Shown here: positions 1 to 9,271 of the stretch, piece after piece | Position numbering within the stretch: the stretch's first letter is position 1 | Layout of the letters: the number at the start of each line of letters is the position of its first letter | NCBI GenBank assembly: GCA_030704615.1 | Contig: CM060731.1 | Coordinates: forward strand, 48,608,001 to 48,672,000 | DNA length: 64,000 nt | Reading direction: 5' to 3' | Origin: Takakia lepidozioides | Taxonomy: Eukaryota > Plantae > Bryophyta | Translations under genes and position numbers: made by a program | Notes under the pieces: generated by a model | Databases searched by the model: none | Told to the model about the DNA's origin: nothing | The model's input: only the letters and a program-made list of their open reading frames with translations

Positions 1-158
1 GCCAGGTTACAAAACGCAGATTTGCAGATGTGGCCTTCATGGCATTTCAGGCAGAAGAAATTCAAACATAGTTTGCTCTTCCGACATTCATTGCATGGAC
101 CAAAGTACTCTGCCTCCACGAAATCCTTCATCCATTTGGGAAAGTCTTGGCCAGCCAT
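1..158 (-). CDS. 5' part of a PLATZ-like zinc-binding protein (runs off the left edge)
   Basis: Manual translation from ATG at 158: MAGQDFPKWMKDFVEAEYFGPCNECRKSKLCLNFFCLKCHEGHICKSAFCNL... It resembles the PLATZ N-terminus (PxWLxxLLxxxFFxxCxxH...NxFCLDC...CxxC). Not in the ORF track because no stop lies inside the window. Confidence 0.55.
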   Translation of the reverse strand, partial: MAGQDFPKWMKDFVEAEYFGPCNECRKSKLCLNFFCLKCHEGHICKSAFCNL

Positions 159-957
159 TCAGCTCCGGTGCCCTGCTTGAATTCCCTCGTCAGGGGTACG
201 CTCCTGTACATATGGCCAACAGATTTCACGTACAACAAGTGCTAGCTAGCCTACTCACACAAATTTATCTTGCAGGAACTTGGAAGCCGAGCTACAAACT
301 GAAAGATGCATGAATTAAAAGAGATTTTTGGACATGAGTTCATGAAACAATCAACTTGACAGGAGTCTTCTACCTTCAGCACTTTCCAACAGATTTAGCT
401 TCCACGAGAGCCGGTGAAAACAAAATCTATGATTCAAAAGACTGATCTAGAAACTGATATGAGGGAACATAAGGTCAACAAGCGCAACTCAGCAACTGCA
501 GTGCACCACAGTCATGCAATTGTATCTCGTGAAATCACATAGATGCATCAAAGTCTGTGGTCCGTGGCTGCCTTTTATTACGAACTGTGCCGGCTACAAA
601 AGAAAGATTTGTCTAAATCTTTCCCCCACTTTTTCCCGCTCTTCTTTTCCAGACTTGTGTTCTCAGAACCGGGACAAGTAGTTTCAAATACACACAGACA
701 TATATATATGGCAATTACTTTTGTTTTTACCAGAAAGGGGACGGAGCTCTTTTTGGGTTATGTTTTTTTTGTTTGTGCATACATGCTTTTTGGGCATTAC
801 TTTTGATAATTACTTTTCAAAATTTCAAACATATATATCACATTTTTGAGTTAAGAAAAAGCAATTCCCCCTCCTCAAGGGCCTGATTGTGGGCAGGTTT
901 CCTTTTTAAAATAAAAAAATAAAAACAAATTTCTTTTCCTCCTGTTTTCTTTTTCAG

Positions 958-1512
958 GATGGGAAAAAGGAGACGGCTTTAATCCTGAAGCTGAGATTAC
1001 CTCTAGGAAGGTAAGCTATTCCTTACATTCCATATTTTCCTGAACAGTAAATATTTGTTCTTCATTCTTAAGATTGACTATAATTTGGATAATTTTGCTA
1101 TCTCTCTGACCGAATGACCGAGAGTTGATAGAGTGCGATGCTTGTACTGATCTATCGGTTTGCTCAATTCACCAACATCCAACAACACACCCATAAGATT
1201 TCGCAGAGATTCCATGTCCATAGCTTTTTGGGGAAGGTCTGGAGGCTTGGGAGGCACCCAAGTCATCATTCACCAGCGTCGGGTGAAGCTGATTATACCT
1301 TTTCCAGTGCCACAGCCTGGACAGTTAATCTTTTGCATGCTGCGAGGCTTCCCTCCAATTCACTGCAAACAGGAAATCTAGACTGGGCCTCTTTCTCTGC
1401 GACCTCAGGAGAGCTAGCCCAGCTACAGCGAAGAGCACACACAGCACCCACCATCGCAGATTTTACTCTTGTAGTTGAAAGGTGTTATGAAAGCCTTGAT
1501 CATCAATATTGA
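958..1512 (+). pseudogene. Spliced orphan gene fragment with stops and a frameshift
   Basis: ttttcag acceptor, a short exon 958-1010 and a gtaagc donor, then a broken frame (...RRDSMSIAFWGRSGGLGGTQVII...LHAARLPSNS...). Inverted copies at ~61270-61830 and, more diverged, ~40110-40410. Confidence 0.3.
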
Positions 1513-2392
1513 ATCTCGATCTCTGGGGAGTAGAATTGCGCACACTGGTCGAGTTATGCACACCAGGATATACTGCAAAGTGCAAGCGCAGTTCGGGACA
1601 AACCAACATTTGTAAATTAGAAGCCTAGGTGTGCAATTAAGGCCCGACTCGTGACTCTTCGTTGTTGACCCTCCACAAAGGTTAGGTTTCATCTACATGT
1701 TAGGTACGCGAATCGCCTCAATGGAAAACTGCTCTTCCGGACGCAAATTATCGTTCTATCTAGAGCTATATTATGACTAGTTCAAGTTCACACTTGTAGA
1801 ATATAAACGCACACATCTCATTCCTACCTCCAAACCTAGCTCTTTGATCACTTTCTCTGAACTCATGGATGTGGGATGTTACTTGACCTCCAAAATGCTT
1901 GCTACACCGCAAGTGTTTAACTTGATTCACGTTCATTTCTATCTCGAGTGGAAATCTTCTGAATGATCATGTAGTCCTCTAATATTCTGCCCTGTGTGAT
2001 CCTCAGATGAATTTTCGTTCCACCAGCATGCAGCGTGGGTTGATGAGGGGTTGAATAGAACAAGATTCTGAAATTGCGGAAGATGAATTTCGCGTCATGA
2101 GTTCTGGTGAAGGTAAAACAGGGTCATTTAAAGAGCCCTTTTGTGTATACTGGGTGACGGGGCCGTCAAGAATTATGGACATGTGCAGGTCTGCTCAAAA
2201 GCATCTAAAGCTTTTTGTGAGGAGACTGTAAATGACTAGTTTAATGAATTGTAAGGAAGAACCTCTATGCATGTACATCTTTCCTTGTGTTCTACTTTAG
2301 CGGTTGATCAATGAATGCATATATGATGCATGGTTCGGAAGTCACTTGAAAATCCGAATCCCTATGACGTCTACTATCTAATGTAATCCGCC

Positions 2393-4569
2393 TTAGCAGC
2401 GCTGCGCAAAAGGGCCGGGTGTCCCAGTCCAACCGTCCACGCATTTGAGAAGAGGACCCACAAGCTTGCCTTGGGAGATGGCATTGTACACCTTCTCAAT
2501 CTCTTGACCAGGAGACACAGTCCTCAAGCCTGACAGCAACTGGGTCCCTAATTCTGACCTCACAAATCTGTAGAGAGGGTATGTCCTGCAGTCTGCAATC
2601 CGGTTTGGCACTGCCGAATACCCCTTGTTATCGTAGGACTCCCGGACCAAAGGTACAGCAATGTTCAGGCGCGTCTTCAACTCCTCTTCAAAGATTGCGA
2701 TCCTGTGGAACACTGATGTAGTCTCCGATTTTTCATTCTTGGGGTTTTGGAGAGCATGACTCACCAAGACTTCCCGTAGTTTCTGCATCAGGGGGTAAGT
2801 TTCACTGCTGGCATCATCGATGTAGCTGAATACAGGCTGCCGATCCACCAGGCTGAGAAGGTCCTTCTCGCAGAACCGTGATGGCAAAAGTTCGCCGTTA
2901 CTGCCTGTGAAGAGCGTCTTCTTGGCGACCTGTGAAACAATTTGCCTCACGGTCGTCTGCATCGTCTCCTCGATGTGGCGAAGGTCCACGGCCTGGCATA
3001 GACCCACCAAGAAAGTGGAGCTCATAAGCTTCAGAATCTCAATAGATTCCTCTGTCTTTCTTGCAGACACTAAACCGAGCGAGTTGACATCCTGGTTGTG
3101 CTGCTCAGCGCTTTGCACGTGGGTGGTCACTGGGTTGGCTAAGTAGTTCAACTCCGAGAGGTATGAAGCCATGGCGATCTCCCCGCCCTTCATTCCGTAG
3201 TCCAGACTTGGGTTAGGTCCTCCACTCAGGTTTGAAGGAAGCCCATTGTTGTAGTAGTCGTTTACCAGCTCAGAGAACTGTGCAAACATGAGCTTCCCAA
3301 TCGCAGCAACGGCCAACCGCATGTTGTCCATGGAGACTCCAATGGGGGTTCCCTGGAAATTCCCGCCATGCAGGGCCCTGTCCCCGGCAGCATCAATGAT
3401 TGGATTGTCGTTGACAGAGTTGATTTCTCTTTGAATGGCATGTGTGGCATTGCGAATCACCTCCACCTGTGGGCCTAGCCATTGTGGGGAAGTCCGTAGC
3501 GCATATCGATCCTGCTTGGGTTTTTTCAAAGGGTCAGTCTCATGCAGTTTTGCTGCTGCCTTCATGTATGAGCTTCCATCGAGCACCCACTCCATAATGG
3601 CAGCCGCCTCCATCTGGCCTGGGTGGTGCTTCAGTTTGTGCGTCAAGGGATCAGCAAACTCAGGCTTTCCTTGCATCACCTCACAGAACAGGGCTGAAAG
3701 AACCTCAGCCAGTAGGACCATCACATTGGCGTCAAAGCAGACTGTGGATGCCAAGGCTGACCCCACCGCTGTTCCATTGACAATGGCTAGGCCTTCCTTG
3801 GGCTGCAATTCAAATGGTTTCTCCACCCCGGCGAGTCTGAGAGCTTCCAAGGCTGACACCTCCTGTCCGTCCTCGGTTACAGCTCTGGAGTTGGGCCTCG
3901 CAGTAAGTAGTCCCGCGATGTACGATAAGGGAACAAGGTCTCCAGAAGCGGTGACGGTCCCTCGGAGTGGCAACTTGGGTGTGATATTTGCATTCAAAAG
4001 TTTTTCCATGGCTTGGAGGATCTCCCAACGAATGCCAGAGAATCCCTGCATTAACGTGTTGGTGCGCACAAGCATGGCTGCCCGCGTGGTGCACGCAGGG
4101 AGGGTGTTGCCCTTGCCCAAAACTCCCGCATTCAGAAACCTAATGAGCTCTCTCTGGAGCTCCACCCCTTGCTGTGTACGCCGGTGAGAGGTGGCTCCGA
4201 AACCAGTTGTGACGCCATAGATATCCCACCGTTCATGATCTTCTGGAGAACCCAGTTGGAGCTTTCATCCACTCTGTTCTTGGCATTGGCGGCATCCAGC
4301 ACCACTCTCACCTCTGGTCGGCGGGCCACGGCTGCCACTTGAGCAACCGTCAAGGTCACCCCTTCAATGGCTACTTGGGTTGCGCCGTAGAATGTTTTCA
4401 CCATATCCTTAACCTCGTCCAGGTGATTGCCTTGCAGGGCTGAGGCTGCTCGCCCCCAGTTCAGAGGGTCAGCAAGCTGCACCTTTTTGCAAAAAGATTC
4501 CAAACTAGCCTTCTCAGCTTTGATGCCGTTGCCATTGACGCTCACACGAGCTCTGTCGGCCATCACCAT
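2393..4569 (-). CDS. PAL: Phenylalanine ammonia-lyase, intronless, ~725 aa once one frameshift at ~4226 is repaired (pseudogene or sequencing error)
   Basis: ORFs 4132-4575 and 2393-4165 join across a missing G (GGTGGGATAT vs GGTGGGGATAT in the second copy). Motifs [25 protein letters not shown]-forming [46 protein letters not shown]. Confidence 0.95.
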
Positions 4570-4851
4570 CCTCACAGAACTTAGTATGTACAGGAAGTTC
4601 TAAAGAAGAATTTTAGAAATTTATTTACGTCCCGAGAATTGAGGGCGGCTGTGGTGGTGAGCTACAGATCAGTACAGAAGGAAACTCAGCAATGGATGGA
4701 GCTGTGCAGCTGATTAGTAGCAGCTGTAAGCTGGATACATGTCTCACAAAATTGAAACTGGAGAAGTTGGTATATATAATTCAATATGTCTGAGATACCC
4801 AATACTCCGAGTTCGATCGGAGGAGAGTGATGGCAATGAGAGGAGCAGCTG

Positions 4852-4859
4852 TATTTATA
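4852..4859 (-). promoter_or_regulatory. Probable TATA box of the PAL gene
   Basis: TATAAATA ~285 bp upstream of the ATG. It lies in an upstream block (4570-5350) conserved in inverted form ahead of the second PAL copy (TATAAGTA at ~36757). Confidence 0.45.
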
Positions 4860-5589
4860 CAGCTGGGGTACACAGAGTGCACTAGTTATGTGGGACCCAA
4901 GGGGGCATACGAAGGTGGCTGGCAGGCTCCAATACAAAGGCAGCCCACGACTGCGTGGCCATAGCCCAAATCGGGACGCGGCCTTACTTGACCAGGTCAC
5001 GCAAAGTTGAAGAATGACAGAATATAATATGCAATTTGCAGGCCCATGTTGTATCTCACAAGTGAAATCAGTGTGGAGTTGAGGAGCAGCGGGGTGGAGT
5101 ATGAACAGACCTGCACATTGACTGCCTTCTCTCTCTACGGAATCTCCACAGTGCAGTGTTGCAAGATCTGAAAAACGTGTTGGATTGTGAGCACAGCTTT
5201 GTTTGACTACAAACCGTCTGCCGCCCCTCACCATCTTCTGTCCGACTATAAAATAATACTACAGGTAATGTAGATACTAAAATTAGTCAACATGAGCGAC
5301 GCAGACGAAGCAGAACGGTAACGCAGCAAGCTAAACTGACGTTGCCAGCCTGCCTGCCCAAGACTAATATATTTAGTGGCCGGCTGTAGCCCTAACTTAT
5401 GGCTTACTACCAACATTTAGCAGGAGCATTCCAGTGTTGGGCAGGTATTACCTTTTTTAATACCAGTGGGTTCATTAACACCAGATGGTATTGAATATTT
5501 TTACTTTTCTATAGGGCCAGCCTGTCCCATACTAGTTTTACAATACTCACAAAATTTTAATATCCATGGGTTCTCAATAGATGCAGGAT

Positions 5590-5770
5590 TTTGAACTTGA
5601 GGGGCGTGGTATAGGTACTCTTCCCCCCCTTGCCCTTGGGCGGTGTCCCATTTCTCAGCCCGGTTACTTTGAAAGAGGTTATTTTCACCTCTCACTATTA
5701 ACGGGCCTGATTTGTGAGCTGTCGCTCCCATGTGTTTCCCTTTAAATATATATATATATATATATATATT
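5590..5770 (+). repeat. 3' tail of a non-LTR retroelement ending in (TA)n
   Basis: The ...gggcctgatttgtgagctgtcgctccca.gtgtttccctt end matches the reverse complement of ~40575-40650, where it is followed by an A-rich tail. Confidence 0.45.
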
Positions 5771-6178
5771 AGTTCCAAGTCTCATTGTCCAACATGGCCA
5801 AATCTGCAACGGAGAGATTCTTCTCATCCATCATCCTTCTGTTTGAACTTTGAACAGAAAAAAAAACTCTTGATCAAGGAGAGATAAGGTCTTCAAGGTA
5901 TGGCATGTTGGGTGAAACAGTAAACAACCGCTGGTGGGCTGGATGTGCACCTGCCTATTATTGGTTGATACTAATACGTGCAGCGTCCTTGTTTTTACCC
6001 CTCACTGGGGTAGCCTGTGCCATTGGCCCAAGTGTCAAGTGTCATCTAAGCCCAAGTGCAATCTCCTCTATATGCAAGTGCGTCTCCTATGTCGAGGCCC
6101 AAGTGCGACCTCTAGGGTAGCCTCTGCCGTTGGCCAAGGGTCCAATGTCATCCAAGTTCAAATGCATTTTTTTTCCAT

Positions 6179-6218
6179 AGAGCCTACGACCAGATTTGAA
6201 CCGGAGACCTTTCCCTTG
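6179..6218 (-). repeat. tRNA-derived fragment (T-arm/B-box plus 3' acceptor half), SINE-like
   Basis: Minus strand caagggaaaggtctccGGTTCAAATCtggtcgtaggctc. No complete cloverleaf. Confidence 0.35.
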
Positions 6219-7428
6219 ATATCTCTCCTCTCGAGGCTCCAACCATTATCCAGGAATTCCCACTTTGCTATTTTTTGGGAATTTCCAGCGACCCAAAGTA
6301 CTTGAAATTCCACATCTCCCACACCACAAGTCCAAAAATCATGAGACCAAACCCGTGCACCCCTCCTTGTCGAGGGCTTTCCAACGGTACCAAGTACCAG
6401 GGCTGGGGCCTCGCGGTTGGGGACATCTCAAATCTACAAAACAAACAAAACAAACAAAACATCAAACAAAAGAAAACAAACGTCTCGATTCATATATTGA
6501 TACGGGTATTGCCCGGATATTGCCTTTGCCAATACTAGCTAGGTAGGGTATTGACCATCGTAGAGCAGATATTGATTTTTCACCTACCCTCACGGTAACC
6601 GTAATCTCAATTTTGAGAATATATTTACCTGTTGGATTAGGGTATTATTATTTTTGAAATGGAAAGTAAGGGGCCTGAGTTCTGGGTAATGCACAGTTGT
6701 AGAACACACCTGGAAATGGGTCAGCTAGTTGTAAGATGGAGTATTCCACCTGTTGCAGATACTCTTCTGTTCATAGGCTGGAAAAGCAGGGCGGTTGGTA
6801 TAGCTAATTAAATGTGTCTAATGTTAGCCAAAGCCCTTGTCTCATTCCAACAGTAACCTAATCTGACCGGGTGGCTGCTGATGTGTGGGAGAAACTTAAA
6901 GAAATCCTGGCAGCCAATAAGAGGCCACCATTTGTCATTTCAGATTAGCCCTTTCCTTAATATTAAAAACGGATGACTTATGTCAAACGCGGGATGTTTT
7001 GTGTGATGATCACAGTGTACTTGGACGAGTTAGTATTTGGATGTGTTGCACTTGATGCCCCTGCATGTGATTTGATTGGCCCACCTGTGGGGCTCCTCTA
7101 GCAAGAGATCCTTCCCATCTAGCTTGGCGTGCTTTACTGGCTACTTCCCCGCTTCAGCGCCCAAACTCTTAGAGGAGAAGAGAATATCCCCCGGGTAGAG
7201 GAATTTGGTGGAGATAGGGGCATTTGCATTGTAATCTGACGGCTCAGGTGTTCTAGTTATGATAGCCTAGGTTCGGTGTGGCTTTGGTGCAAAGACGGCT
7301 GTACGGGATATCTAGGAAGATGGCGGCTCAATCCACCCTGTGCAATCATTTGTCCTACTTTGTGTATGTTGTTGCTGCTAGTTTTGTGCTTTCCTACCTT
7401 GTGAGTGAACATTGTGTACACAGCGGCC

Positions 7429-9271
7429 ATGGTATGCAGTTCTAGTAATGCTGCTTCCTTTGAGGTTGAAGACGATTCGTTCGAAACTGTTTTTCTGGGT
7501 GTTGTGCGTGATCTTGCGTCGCCCGATATGCTTAAGCCACTACTATGTTTGGGGGGGGTTAGCGATGCCCCGACGACCTCCAACCGCCGCGATTAGCGAC
7601 GGAAATACTCTACTGCGCCCGGGGCATTTTGCGACATCGGGAAATCGTAGAGACGTTGCCGCGACGTCGCTCCCGGAACATCGCTAATTAGCATTGTCGG
7701 GGAATCGCAAACCCCCCAGGACCCCCCGGCCGCGGCGCCGGCGCGACTTACGACGTCCGGGCATAAAAAATTAATAAAAAAAAAAAAAAAAAAAAACGTT
7801 TATTTCTGCGACGTTTTTTCTGCGACGTCGCATTAGGACGTCGGGGGTCGTAAATGCGACCCCTAGCGTCACAGTAGGGGGGTACATTGGGAAAATTTGA
7901 ATTTGAATTTGAATTTCAAAAATTAGTTGACCATTTGACTCGGCGTTGACCATTGACTCCGGTTTTGTCCAATGACAGTTCATACATTGTTCTACATATA
8001 TTATGCAATGCATATTTGAACCTAGGATCTTCACATTATAACATTTCTAAGACACTGCACACTAACCAACAAATCTACAATACATCTATGTATCACAAAA
8101 GCAGTCCAAATATATATATACAATATCAAGAGTTAGTTCCTAGTAACTATCACTATCTCAATCCTATCATTGTGTTGCACATTATGAGTACTCTACAGGA
8201 GCTCTCACAACTGGAACTTGCACCGAGACTTGTCCCCAAAGTTCTTCTACCAATGGCCTAAGTTTTGCAAAACTGCATTGCAACTTATTGCTGGACAATG
8301 GCTATAGTCTCAGGATGCCAAGTTCATTATGCTCTACAATCTACTTCCAGAATCAATTTTCTGCGACGCCCCCAGGACGCCGGGGAATCGCAGCGACGTT
8401 TTTGCGACGGCGGGGAATCGCGAAAAAAAAAAAAAAAAAAAAAAAAAACACGGGTTGGTTTTTTTTTTTTTTTTTTTTTTTTTTTTCGGGCATTGCGATT
8501 CCCCGCCGTCGCAAAAGCGTCGCTGGGCTGCAGTGCTGCGACGTCTCGTTGCGATTCCCCGGCGTTGCAACATCCCGAGGGCATCGGAACAAATTGTTGC
8601 GACGCCATGGCGTCACAACCCCCCAGTGCGTTGGCGGGGGAATGGGTCAGACCCATTTCCGGTGACGGCATGGCATTGCAAGATGCCACAACATCGTCCG
8701 AGCGCCGGCGTTACAACGCCCCGACGTCACAAGTCCCGAGTCGGGCGCCTGTGCGACGCTGCAGTCGCAGGGGGGTCGGCGCGTCCGGGGTCCTGGCGTC
8801 GCTAACCCCCCTTAAACGTAGTAGTGAGCCATACGAAGGAGAGCCACATGTGAGAGGGAATGCAGAGATCCCGCTTCATGTTCCCTTTGATTATTGGATA
8901 GAAAAATTTGAACAGACAGCTATAGATGAAGCTCTCAAGAACGTGAATTCTGAAGGCGAGAAGCGCGAACAGCGTCGTAAGATCGCTGAAGCCAAGCATG
9001 GTGCTTTTACTGGCAGATTGTTGCAGAGGCTGCATGCGAGAGAAATAGCCAAGCGTTTACCTCGCGCGGTCATCCGTGAGTGACTTGGACAGGGCAAGCA
9101 GCTCACTTGGCCGTAGATTGGCGTTCCTAAGTTTGTCGTCACCAAGGATCGCACCAACAATCTTGAGAGCTTATTGCACCCCAAGGTTCCTAGCGCCTAC
9201 CGTTTTTGGGAGCTCGTTCATGGTGGAAGTGCGGCGGCGCTAACGAACATCCGCACGGACTGCTGACCAGC
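7429..9271 (+). pseudogene. Orphan ORF ('ORF-X') split by a CACTA insertion; 3' truncated
   Basis: Removing 7538-8826 and one AGC TSD fuses MVCSSSNAASFEVEDDSFETVFLGVVRDLASPDMLK in frame to PYEGEPHVRGNAEIPLHVP...AVIRE*LGQGK... A homologous copy is at 58847-61000 (-). Confidence 0.6.
7538..8826. mobile_element. Non-autonomous CACTA (En/Spm) element, family 1
   Basis: TIRs CACTACTATGTTT...AAACGTAGTAGTG extending into GGGGTTAGCGA/TCGCTAACCCC. 3-bp TSD AGC (7535-7537, 8827-8829). Dense GCGACG/CGTCGC subterminal repeats and an AT-rich centre. Confidence 0.9.

Noticed and set aside
4125-4150. Possible tyrosine ammonia-lyase/PTAL specificity
   Set aside because: The selectivity position reads LIRFLNAG (Phe), the PAL-type residue, in both copies.
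3435-4187. Long antisense ORFs over both PAL copies and over retroelement pol genes
   Set aside because: Shadow frames of GC-rich coding sequence with no independent motifs.
8265-9083. 272-aa ORF (and 312-aa ORF at 59307-60245) with poly-K/poly-F
   Set aside because: Read-through of GC-rich CACTA subterminal repeats and A/T tracts into the ORF-X remnant; not a real protein.
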